The position numbers and the translations under genes are program-made. 64,000 nucleotides of DNA, from positions 1-64,000 of the forward strand of contig CAWHFW010000003.1 in the NCBI GenBank assembly GCA_963828735.1, in the 5' to 3' direction. The notes under the pieces are model-generated. The model saw only the letters and a list, made by a program, of their open reading frames with translations. It was not told the DNA's origin and did no database searches. Positions 41,101 to 50,231 of this stretch are shown in pieces; within the stretch, counting starts at the first letter, position 1, and each line of letters opens with the position of its first letter. This DNA is from an uncultured Gemmatimonadales bacterium (lineage in GTDB: Bacteria; Gemmatimonadota; Gemmatimonadetes; Gemmatimonadales; GWC2-71-9).

Positions 41101-43923
41101 TCACCACGACAGCTGGATCTCGGTCCTCGCGTACACGAATCTGCCGTTGTACCCGAACGGCGATGCCGCCGCCCACGGGAACGTGCCGAAGTTGTCGTTG
41201 AAGTCTTTCGCCGTGTCCCCGGCGTCGTCCACCACGACCTGGGAGCTCGGCTGATCGGGGTACACGTCGAACAGGTTGCGCACGCCGACCGACAGCTTGA
41301 GCTGGTTGAACTGGTACCCGAGCTCCGCGTCCGTCAGACCCTTGCCCCCGTAGTTGTCCCGGCAGAGGTCGCAGAAGCCCGGCTGCGCCGAGCTGAAGGC
41401 GCCGAAGTAGGAGAACCGGCCGAGGGCGCTGACCCGGCCCACGGTGTAGTTGGCCTGCAGGGTGCCGCGCCAGTCGGGGCGCTCGTCCTGGATGCCGATC
41501 GCCGTCACCGAGTCGAGCAGCCCCGGCTCCGTCGATCCCGCGGCCACCAGCACCTCCGGAAGCGGATCCACGTGGGTGATCTTGTTCTCGGTCCAGTTGA
41601 ATCCGGCGTTGAGGTCGAGGATGCCGCTCCGGCCCGTCGGGATCCGGTAGTTGGCGGTGATGTCGATCCCCTGCGTGCGCGTATTCAGGCCGTTGGTGAA
41701 GTACTGCACGCCCGTGATGTTGTTGATGCCGGCGTTTTGCAGGATGGCCACGGTGACCGAATCGTCGAACGTGGCGCCGAGCAGGATCTGGTGGTCGATC
41801 GTGATGTGGAAGTAGTCGGCGCCGATCGTAAGGTTGTCCACCGGCGTCATGACGATGCCGGCGCTCAGGTTGACCGACGTCTCATCCCGCAGCGGCTTGG
41901 CACCGAGCGCGATGGACGCGGGATTGTCCACCGGGAAGAGGCCGACGTCGATGAACTCGCCCGCGATCACGTTCGTCACCACCTTGCTGAACGCGATCTG
42001 GCTCAGGCCGGGCGCCCGGAAGCCGGTACTCACCGCGCCGCGGAGCGTGACCCGGTGGGACGGCTGGAACCGGACCGCGGCCTTGCCGCTCACGCGTGAG
42101 CCGAAGTCGCTGTAATCCTCGTACCGCGCGGCCACGTCCGCGAGCACCTTCTCGGAGAGCTGGCTCTCCGCGTCGGCGTACAGGCCGAAGTTGGTCCGGT
42201 GGCGGTCGGACTCGTCACCCGGCGCGAAGCCGGGGAACGATTGCGACCCGCCGGGCGCCGGGCCGTCGCCGTTCTGGTCGGTGGCGCCGCCATTGACGTA
42301 CGAGGCGAGCTCCCCCGCCCGGATCGCGTAACGCTCCCGCCGGAACGCGGCGCCGAACGCCAGGTTGACCGGGTTCCGCAGTCCCAGGTTGACCGGCTTG
42401 GCGACGTTGGCCGCCACGATCGCTTCCTCCCGCAGCGGCCGGCCGGCGAAGAACGAGGTCTGGTTCGGGATGCCCGGGTCGTCGCTGGTGCCGAGGATCC
42501 CGTCGCTGCCCGGTGCGCACGCCACGTCCAGGCACGGGCCGAGCGACGCGTTGAGCGTGTTGCTGATCTGGTAGTCGAAGTGGTTGTGTCCGAACGTGGC
42601 GCCGACGTCGTAGTTCCAGCCCGACACCACGCCCCGCAGGCCGCCGGTGAGCGAGTAGTCGGTGACGAAGCCCTCGATGACAGGCAGGAAGCCGAGCGGA
42701 TAGATCTGCTGCCAGTTGCGGCCGCTGTCGAAGTAGCGCCGGTAGGGATTGCCCTGGCCGTCCCGGTGACTGTAGCCGCCGAACGCGTAGATCTCGCTCG
42801 TCCCCGCCTGGTTCACCGGCATCCGGAAGTTGGCGAACGTGAGCGCGTCCTTCTCCAGGCCGTCGCCCCAGTGGTGGTTCGGTTGTTCCACCGGGTTGTT
42901 CTTGTGAACCACCTGGCCGATGTCGTTGATCTCGTCGGCCTGCCCCGTGCCGGCCACCTCGAACCGATCGGCCCAGGCCCGGTTGGTCGCCTGGCGGTCG
43001 CGGAACTCGCCGAACAGCCCCAGCGATCCTCGGCCGATGCCGATGCCCCACCCGCCGTTCACGTTGACGGTGGTCCCGTCGTCCGGGTAGTTGTCGGTGG
43101 TGAAGCGGCCGACGTCGCCGTTGACGAACGGCGCGAACACGCCGTCCTTGACCACCAGGTTCACCACGCCGGCGATGGCGTCCGACCCGTATTGCGCGGC
43201 CGCGCCGTCACGAAGGACCTCGATCCGGTCCAGCGCGCTCGACGGGATGGCGTTCAGGTCCACGCCGCTCGAGCCCGCGCCCATGCCGTACGTGAAGTTG
43301 TTGACCAGCGCCGTCTGGTGGCGCCGCCAGCCGTTGAGCAGCACCAGGGTGTGGTCGGGGCTCAGGCCGCGCAGCGTGAAGGGCCGCACGATGTCGCCCG
43401 CATCCGTGACGCTCTGGCGCGGGAAGTTGATGGACGGCGAGACCGCCTGGAGGATGACGCTGGTCTCGGTGCTGCCCTGCTGCGCCAGCTGCTCCGACGG
43501 GAACACGTCCACCGGCACCGCCAGCTCTTCCGCGGCCGTGTGCCGCGCGCGCGAGCCGACGACGACGTCGATCGGCGCGAGCTGGACGGTGCTCTTGGCC
43601 AGCGTGAAGTCGGCGCGCGTGATCCCGCCCACCCCGATCGTGACCGAGGAGGCGCCGGCCTGGTAGCCGATCAGGTGAACCCGCACGGTGTGGGTGCCCG
43701 ACGGAACGGCGTGGATCTCGTAGCCGCCGTTCGCGCCCGTCACAGCCCGAAGGCCGGTTCCTTCGACGGTGACTGTCGCGTTGGGCAGCGTGACCCCGCC
43801 TTCATCCGCGACGACGCCCTGCATGTCTCCACCCTGGGCGGCAAGCGGGGTGACGGCGAGGGACGTGATGGTGAGAAGCGCGACCAGCAGGCAAGCCAAG
43901 AACCGGACAGTGCGATCGAGCAC
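41101..43923 (-). CDS. TonB-dependent receptor with N-terminal carboxypeptidase-regulatory-like domain
   Basis: Signal peptide; plug LRGLSPDHTLVLLNG...RIEVLRDGAAAQYGSDAIAGVVN; STGFRAP; C-terminal aromatic residue. Confidence 0.93.
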   Translation of the reverse strand: MLDRTVRFLACLLVALLTITSLAVTPLAAQGGDMQGVVADEGGVTLPNATVTVEGTGLRAVTGANGGYEIHAVPSGTHTVRVHLIGYQAGASSVTIGVGGITRADFTLAKSTVQLAPIDVVVGSRARHTAAEELAVPVDVFPSEQLAQQGSTETSVILQAVSPSINFPRQSVTDAGDIVRPFTLRGLSPDHTLVLLNGWRRHQTALVNNFTYGMGAGSSGVDLNAIPSSALDRIEVLRDGAAAQYGSDAIAGVVNLVVKDGVFAPFVNGDVGRFTTDNYPDDGTTVNVNGGWGIGIGRGSLGLFGEFRDRQATNRAWADRFEVAGTGQADEINDIGQVVHKNNPVEQPNHHWGDGLEKDALTFANFRMPVNQAGTSEIYAFGGYSHRDGQGNPYRRYFDSGRNWQQIYPLGFLPVIEGFVTDYSLTGGLRGVVSGWNYDVGATFGHNHFDYQISNTLNASLGPCLDVACAPGSDGILGTSDDPGIPNQTSFFAGRPLREEAIVAANVAKPVNLGLRNPVNLAFGAAFRRERYAIRAGELASYVNGGATDQNGDGPAPGGSQSFPGFAPGDESDRHRTNFGLYADAESQLSEKVLADVAARYEDYSDFGSRVSGKAAVRFQPSHRVTLRGAVSTGFRAPGLSQIAFSKVVTNVIAGEFIDVGLFPVDNPASIALGAKPLRDETSVNLSAGIVMTPVDNLTIGADYFHITIDHQILLGATFDDSVTVAILQNAGINNITGVQYFTNGLNTRTQGIDITANYRIPTGRSGILDLNAGFNWTENKITHVDPLPEVLVAAGSTEPGLLDSVTAIGIQDERPDWRGTLQANYTVGRVSALGRFSYFGAFSSAQPGFCDLCRDNYGGKGLTDAELGYQFNQLKLSVGVRNLFDVYPDQPSSQVVVDDAGDTAKDFNDNFGTFPWAAASPFGYNGRFVYARTEIQLSW

Positions 43924-44189
43924 GAAGCCTCCGGGGAGCCTTGGAGTTGACGCCGCGTGGGGCTGGCGGTGAAACACGTTGCTGCGGCGGGACGTCCGGG
44001 GACGAGCGATCGGGACGTTGGCCCGAGGATATTCGTTGCGGCTCAGTACGTCAAGCGGCCCGCGCGAGAGGTTTTGACAACTTGGCCGCCTCTCTGCACA
44101 TTGGCTGAAGCCGTTCCCATCGCCTTGCCCCGACCGTACGCTCGCGCCGTCGCACACCCCGGGCAGGCCTCGCTCCGAGGAGAAGGCCC

Positions 44190-47100
44190 ATGGCACCTGA
44201 CGCTCGTCAGCCCGCTCGTCGTATTCCCTGGCTCACTTGGATCCTCGCCCTCGCCGCGCCGTCCTTCGTCGCCGCCCAGACCGCCACCATCAGCGGGAAG
44301 GTGACCGACGAATCCGGCGGCGTCCCGCTCGAGGCGGCCCGCATCGTGCTCACGGGAACGACGCGCATCGAAACCACGAACCGCGAAGGCATCTACACCT
44401 TTCGCGCCGTCGCCCCCGGGACCTACCAGGTCCGGGCGCTCCGCGTCGGCTACCGTCCCGCGACGGATTCCGTCACCGTGGCGGACGGTGGCCACGCGAC
44501 CGCCGATTTCCTGATGGCCGCCGCCCCGGTCCAGCTCGACGAGATCGTCACCACCGCGACCGGTGAGCAGCGCAAGCTCGAGGTCGGGAACGCGGTGACC
44601 ACGATCGACGCGGCCAAGATCACCGAGACGGCCCCGATTACCGAGTTCTCGAACCTGCTTTCCGGCCGCGCGGCCGGCGTCCAGGTGCTCAAGAGCAGCG
44701 GGACCACCGGCGAGGGCACCCGCATCCGCATCCGGGGCTCCAACAGCATCTCGCTCTCGAACGAGCCCCTGTACTACCTGGACGGCGTCCGGCTCGAGAG
44801 CGCCGCGAGCTCGACCACCCTCAACGTCGGCGGCTTCTCCGATCAGAGCAGCAACCAGGGTCCATCGCGCATCAACGACATCGACCCCGATGACATCGAG
44901 TCCATCGAGGTCGTGAAGGGCCCGGCGGCCGCGACGCTCTACGGCATCCAGGCCTCCAACGGCGTCGTGCGCATCACCACCAAGCATGGGACCGCGGGTC
45001 CGCCGCGCTGGAACCTCTACTCCGAGGTCGGATCGGTTTCCGACAACAATCAGTACCCCCTCAACTACTACGGGCGCGTCGATCCCGCGGTCGATCCGGC
45101 CGGGTTCGACGCGGGCTTCGACGGCTTCTGCACCATCCAGAGCCAGCTCGACGCCGCGTGCGTCCAGTCCCAGCTGCAGACGAACCAGCCGCTCAACAAC
45201 GCGGACACCCGGCCCTACAAGGCGGGCCTGCGGCAGTCCTACGGCGCGAACGTGTCCGGCGGCAGCGACCAGGTGACCTATTTCATCTCCGGCGCGTACG
45301 AGAACGAGAAGGGGGTGTTCCGTCTCCCGCAGTTCGAGGAGGACTCCATCCAGGCGACCCGCGGTGAGGTCCCGGCCAACCAGATCCGCCCGAACGCCCT
45401 CGAGAAGTACAGCGTCCGCGGCAATGTGCACGCCAACGTGTCGCCAAGCTTCGACGTGGACGCGTCGCTGGGTTTCGTCACCAACAACACGCGCCTGATC
45501 GAGAACGACAACAGCTTCCTCACCGTGAACGGCAGCGGCACAGCGAGCGGCGTCCTCCCCGAGGACAACCGCGGCTGGTTCTTCATCCCGGCCGAGCTCT
45601 TCGCCGAGCTGGCCCAGCAGGAAGCCAACCGGTTCACCGGCGGCTTCACCGGGAACTGGCGGCCGCTCTCGTGGCTCACCAGCCGCGCGACGATCGGGTA
45701 CGACGTGGTGAACCGGACCGACGTGCAGTTCTTCCCGACGGGTGAAGTGGCCGACTTCGGGGCGAACCGCGCGGGCGTCCGCTCACAGAACCGGTTCGAC
45801 ATCTCCCAGACGTCGGTGGACCTCGCCGCCTCGGCCAAGTTCCAGCTCACTCCCAACCTCGGTTCGCGCACCTCGATCGGCGGCCAGTGGTTCCGCGACC
45901 TTTCGCGGGGCAACTTCTCCACCGGGCGCGGCCTCCCCGCCGGCTCGGGCACCATCAGCGGCGCCAGCACTACCGAAGCGTCCGACACCCTGGTCGAGTC
46001 CCGATCCGTCGGCTCGTACATCGAGGAGGAGATCAACCTCAAGGAGCGCCTGTTCGTGACGGGTGCCGCCCGCTTCGATGACAACAGCGCGTTCGGCAAG
46101 AACTTCGATGCGACGGTCTACCCGAAGGCCAGCGTGTCGTGGCTCCTGTCGGACGAGCCGTTCTTCAACATCGACGCGATCAACACGGTCCGGCTGCGCG
46201 CGGCTTACGGCGCCTCGGGGCAGCAGCCGGGCACGACCGACGCCACCCGCTTCTTCCGGGCGGTTTCCGGCCGGAAGGACGAGGCGGGCACGACGGGCGT
46301 GACCTTCGGCAGCCTGGGCAATCCCGACCTCAAGCCCGAGCGCTCGACCGAGTTCGAGATCGGGTTCGACGCCGGCCTGTTCCGGGACCGCCTGTCGTTC
46401 GAATTCACCTACTACGACAAGCTCACCAAGGACGCCCTGATCGAGCGGCCGATCGCGCCTTCCCTCGGCGCCTCGACGACTCAGTTCGTCAACCTGTCGC
46501 GCATCAAGAACCACGGGTTCGAGCTGGCGATCACGACCCGCATCATCGACAGCAAGAACACCGCCTGGGACCTGACGCTGAGCGGCTCGACCACGAGCAA
46601 CAAGATCGAGGACCTGGGCACCGGCGTGAGCCCGATCTTCGTCGGGTTCTACCAGCAGCACCGCACCGGCTACCCGGCCGGCGGCTTCTGGGCGCCGACG
46701 ATCCACTATAACGACGCCAACGGCGACGGCATCATCGACCTGGACCCGAACCGCGACGGCTCGTTCGACGACTCCGAGGTGACCCTGAGCGACAGCTCCG
46801 TGTTCCGCGGCTCCGCGCTGCCGACCAAGGAGGCCTCGCTCAACAGCAGTCTCGCGCTCTTCGGCGGGAGGGTCGTCCTCGGGACGCAGTTCGACTATCG
46901 TGGCGGCCACCTGGTGGACAACTCGCTCGAGCAGTTCCGCTGCTTCTCGATCGGCAACTGCCGCGGGCTGTACGACCCGACGGCCCCGCTGTCCGAACAG
47001 GCGCGGGCCCAGTCCACCTTCCTCCCGGGCGCCGGCAACTCGGTGGCGTTCCTGGAACCGGGATGGTTCATCAAGCTTCGCGAGCTGTCGTTCACGTTCC

Positions 47101-47303
47101 AGGCGCCGGACAACTGGGCGCGCTCCGTCCGAGCGGCCCGCCTGAGCCTCACCATCGCCGGCCGGAACCTGTGGACGACCACCGATTACACGGGCGTGGA
47201 CCCCGAGGTCAATGCCTTCGCACAGAACAACTTCGCGTCCTCGGATTTCGAGTCCCAGGCGCAGGTGCGCTACTGGACCGCGCGCCTCAACGTCGGCTTC
47301 TGA
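44190..47303 (+). CDS. SusC/RagA-family TonB-dependent transporter
   Basis: IRIRGSNS, EPLYYLDG, DIESIEVVKGPAAATLYG, GNPDLKPE and YTGVDPE; C-terminal F. Confidence 0.95.
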   Translation: MAPDARQPARRIPWLTWILALAAPSFVAAQTATISGKVTDESGGVPLEAARIVLTGTTRIETTNREGIYTFRAVAPGTYQVRALRVGYRPATDSVTVADGGHATADFLMAAAPVQLDEIVTTATGEQRKLEVGNAVTTIDAAKITETAPITEFSNLLSGRAAGVQVLKSSGTTGEGTRIRIRGSNSISLSNEPLYYLDGVRLESAASSTTLNVGGFSDQSSNQGPSRINDIDPDDIESIEVVKGPAAATLYGIQASNGVVRITTKHGTAGPPRWNLYSEVGSVSDNNQYPLNYYGRVDPAVDPAGFDAGFDGFCTIQSQLDAACVQSQLQTNQPLNNADTRPYKAGLRQSYGANVSGGSDQVTYFISGAYENEKGVFRLPQFEEDSIQATRGEVPANQIRPNALEKYSVRGNVHANVSPSFDVDASLGFVTNNTRLIENDNSFLTVNGSGTASGVLPEDNRGWFFIPAELFAELAQQEANRFTGGFTGNWRPLSWLTSRATIGYDVVNRTDVQFFPTGEVADFGANRAGVRSQNRFDISQTSVDLAASAKFQLTPNLGSRTSIGGQWFRDLSRGNFSTGRGLPAGSGTISGASTTEASDTLVESRSVGSYIEEEINLKERLFVTGAARFDDNSAFGKNFDATVYPKASVSWLLSDEPFFNIDAINTVRLRAAYGASGQQPGTTDATRFFRAVSGRKDEAGTTGVTFGSLGNPDLKPERSTEFEIGFDAGLFRDRLSFEFTYYDKLTKDALIERPIAPSLGASTTQFVNLSRIKNHGFELAITTRIIDSKNTAWDLTLSGSTTSNKIEDLGTGVSPIFVGFYQQHRTGYPAGGFWAPTIHYNDANGDGIIDLDPNRDGSFDDSEVTLSDSSVFRGSALPTKEASLNSSLALFGGRVVLGTQFDYRGGHLVDNSLEQFRCFSIGNCRGLYDPTAPLSEQARAQSTFLPGAGNSVAFLEPGWFIKLRELSFTFQAPDNWARSVRAARLSLTIAGRNLWTTTDYTGVDPEVNAFAQNNFASSDFESQAQVRYWTARLNVGF

Positions 47304-47316
47304 GGAGACGCCTCCC

Positions 47317-48660
47317 ATGACGATCCTGACCCGACGCGGCAGCCGCCTGGCGGCGACGCTGGGGCTTGCGCTCACCGCCGGATGCGGCCTGCTCGACACC
47401 GAGCAGCCCAATATTATCGACCCGAACGTCCTCAACACGCCGGACGCCGCAGAGGCGCTGCGACTCGGCGCGCTGGCCGATTTCGCCTTCGTCAAGGACG
47501 GGGACGGCACCCAGACGGACGACGGCCTGATCCTGGTCGGCGGCCTCCTGTCCGACGAGTTCGTCCTCTCGACCACGCCACCATCCGAGCAGGAGATCGA
47601 CCAGCGGACGACAGCGCTGGTCAATCCGAGCCTCTCGGACGTCTACTTCAACCTCCACAAGGCCCGCGCGGGCGCGGAGAACGCCGCGCAAGCGCTGCAG
47701 TCGTTCCTGGTCGCGCCGGAGGAGACCACCGAGATCGCCGAGATGCAGGCCATCGCCGCCTTCGCGTACGTCTACTTCGGCGAGGATTTCTGCAACGGCG
47801 TGCCGTTCAGCCGTGTCAGCGGTGACAGCCTGATCTTCGGCCCGGCCCAGACCAATCAGGCCATGTTCGAGACCGCGGTGGCCAAGTTCGACTCCGCCCT
47901 CGCGCAGCCCGGGCTGGCGGTGGACGACGGCACCATCACGGGCCTGGCGACGGTAGGCCGAGCCCGGGCGCTGGTGGACCTGGGCCGGTTCGCCGAGGCC
48001 GCGGTCGCGGTCGCCGATGTGCCCACCGAATTCCAGTACGTGAGCGAGCACGCCGAGAGTCCGCTCCAGCTCCAGAACGCCATCTGGTCGTACACCAGTC
48101 AGGGGCTGTGGTCGGTCTCGGATCTGGAAGGTGGCGCCGGGCTCCCCTTCATCTCGGCCGTCGACCCGCGCGTCCCGGTGGACAGCCTGGACGATGACGA
48201 GAACGGTTTCGCCGATACGGGGCTCGACAGTCAGACGCCGCAGTACTTCCTGCTCAAGTACCCCGACGCCAACGCGTCGGTCATCGTGGCCGACGGCATC
48301 GAGGCGCGCCTGATCGAGGCCGAAGCGCAGCTTCAGGTCAATGACTTCGGGGGGATGCACACCACCCTGAACGATTTGCGTGCGACGATCGGCCTCGACG
48401 ACCTGCCCACGCCCGGCTCGCGCGACGAAGCGATCGATGCGCTCTTCTCCGAGCGGGCCTTCTGGATGTACGCCACCGGCCATCGCCTGGGCGACATGCG
48501 CAGGTTGATCCGCCAGTACCTGCGGGACCCGAGCGCGGTCTTCCCGACCGGTGATTACCACAAGGGTGGTGGCAGCTACGGCAACGACGTGAACCTCCCG
48601 ATTCCGATCGAGGAAGAGAACAACCCGAACGGCGGGACGTGCACGGATCGGAACGCCTAG
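47317..48660 (+). CDS. SusD/RagB-family lipoprotein
   Basis: Lipobox TAGC; EARLIEAEA, ERAFWMYATGHRLGDMRR and LPIPIEEENNPN; directly after the SusC-like gene. Confidence 0.9.
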   Translation: MTILTRRGSRLAATLGLALTAGCGLLDTEQPNIIDPNVLNTPDAAEALRLGALADFAFVKDGDGTQTDDGLILVGGLLSDEFVLSTTPPSEQEIDQRTTALVNPSLSDVYFNLHKARAGAENAAQALQSFLVAPEETTEIAEMQAIAAFAYVYFGEDFCNGVPFSRVSGDSLIFGPAQTNQAMFETAVAKFDSALAQPGLAVDDGTITGLATVGRARALVDLGRFAEAAVAVADVPTEFQYVSEHAESPLQLQNAIWSYTSQGLWSVSDLEGGAGLPFISAVDPRVPVDSLDDDENGFADTGLDSQTPQYFLLKYPDANASVIVADGIEARLIEAEAQLQVNDFGGMHTTLNDLRATIGLDDLPTPGSRDEAIDALFSERAFWMYATGHRLGDMRRLIRQYLRDPSAVFPTGDYHKGGGSYGNDVNLPIPIEEENNPNGGTCTDRNA

Positions 48661-48692
48661 CCGGCCCGCGATTGGTGGGTGTCTGAACGAAG

Positions 48693-48725
48693 CGAAGGGG
48701 CATGCCTGGTGGGCATGCCCCTTCG
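48693..48725. terminator. 14-bp-stem hairpin between convergent genes
   Basis: CGAAGGGGCATGCC-TGGTG-GGCATGCCCCTTCG. Confidence 0.6.
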
Positions 48726-48755
48726 TCGTCTGCGCGGGACGTGATCCGCGCGGGC

Positions 48756-50180
48756 TCAGTCGATCCCGACCCGCCCCTGGACCGACGCGATCAGCTTCGC
48801 CGAATCGAACCCTACGCCGTCCTTGAAGACGGTCGAGGGCTTCTCGATGACCGCGGGGTCAGCGGTGAGGTCGCCGTCGAGCACCACCAGATCGGCGCGC
48901 TTCCCACGCTCCACGCTGCCGACCTGCCCCTCCACGCCCAGGATCTTGGCGCCGTTCAGGCTCATGATCCGGATCGCCTGCGCCGGCGCGAAGCCGGCCT
49001 CGATGAAGAGCTCGTAGTTGCGCTGATCGCCGTACCCCGCGAGGGCGCCGCCGAGGCCCGTCGGATCCACTCCGGCGGCCAGGTTCCCGCCCGCGGCCAC
49101 GAATTCCCGCTCGAACACCATGGCGCTCTTGAGCCCGTCGGCCGTGATCGGGCCCGCGCCGGTCGAATCGATCTCCTGCCGCACCTGCATATAGCTCGCG
49201 CGTACTTCCGGCGCCATGGCGTTGAGCACCCGCGGCTCCTTGGTCGGCCGGTTGGCGACGAACGGCTCGTAGACGGCCAGCGTGGACGTCATGGAGACGT
49301 TTCGCTTCACCATCGTCTGAATCGTGGCCTTCGCCACGTCGCCCGTCGGATCCACCGTGTTGTTGCGGCCGACCACGCCCACGGGACAGACGTCCGGCTG
49401 CTTCGACGGGTCGAAATCGGACGCCGTGAGCATGCCGTGCTCCAGGTTGTCGATCCCCAGGTCCACGGCCTCGCGGAACGAGACCGAGCAGAGGTGGCCG
49501 GTCACCTTGATCTTGCGCTTGTGCGCCTCCTTGATCGCGGCGCCCAGCTCCGCCCGGCCGATGTCGGTATACGCCTTGATCCAGGTGATGCCTTCGGACG
49601 CCCAGTAGGCCACGAAGCGCTTTGCCTCGTCGGGCGACGTCACCACGTCCATGCTGCCGCCGCCGGCGGCGCCGGTGATGTAGGGCGCCGTCAGGTGAAT
49701 GTGCGGACCCGGGACCTGCCCCTTGTTGATGGCGTCCCGCAGGTTGATCTCGGCGTAGGTATTCCGGCCGCCCGCCGTCCGGATCGTGGTCACCCCGGAC
49801 GCGAGGTAGAGTCGGGGGCCGGTGTAGGACATCTGCACCGCGCGACCGCCGGCCGCCGTGTAGAACAGGTGGTCGTGCATGCCGACGAGCCCCGGAATCA
49901 CCGTATGCCCGCTCAGATCCATCGTCTTCACCCCATCGGGAACGGTCACCCGCCCCGCGGGGCCCACCTCGGCGATCCGGCCGTCACGGATCAGGATCGT
50001 CTGGTCGGGAGTCGGCGCGGCGCCGGTGCCGTCCAGGACGAGGACGTGCGTCAACGCCACCGCGCTGGTGTCGAGCGCGACGTACTGCCGAACGGCCTCG
50101 GACAGCGAGTCCGGACGCTGGGCCGCGAGCGCGCCAGGCAGGAGGACGAGAGAGGCCAGCACGAAAGAACCGAGGCGCAT
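48756..50180 (-). CDS. Secreted amidohydrolase-family protein
   Basis: Signal peptide; PGLVGMHDH, GVTTIRT, LEHG and GKRADLVVL. Confidence 0.9.
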   Translation of the reverse strand: MRLGSFVLASLVLLPGALAAQRPDSLSEAVRQYVALDTSAVALTHVLVLDGTGAAPTPDQTILIRDGRIAEVGPAGRVTVPDGVKTMDLSGHTVIPGLVGMHDHLFYTAAGGRAVQMSYTGPRLYLASGVTTIRTAGGRNTYAEINLRDAINKGQVPGPHIHLTAPYITGAAGGGSMDVVTSPDEAKRFVAYWASEGITWIKAYTDIGRAELGAAIKEAHKRKIKVTGHLCSVSFREAVDLGIDNLEHGMLTASDFDPSKQPDVCPVGVVGRNNTVDPTGDVAKATIQTMVKRNVSMTSTLAVYEPFVANRPTKEPRVLNAMAPEVRASYMQVRQEIDSTGAGPITADGLKSAMVFEREFVAAGGNLAAGVDPTGLGGALAGYGDQRNYELFIEAGFAPAQAIRIMSLNGAKILGVEGQVGSVERGKRADLVVLDGDLTADPAVIEKPSTVFKDGVGFDSAKLIASVQGRVGID

Positions 50181-50231
50181 GGAAGGCTCCCTGGGGATCG
50201 TTGGTGGTGATGGAACGGGCCGGACGAGCCG

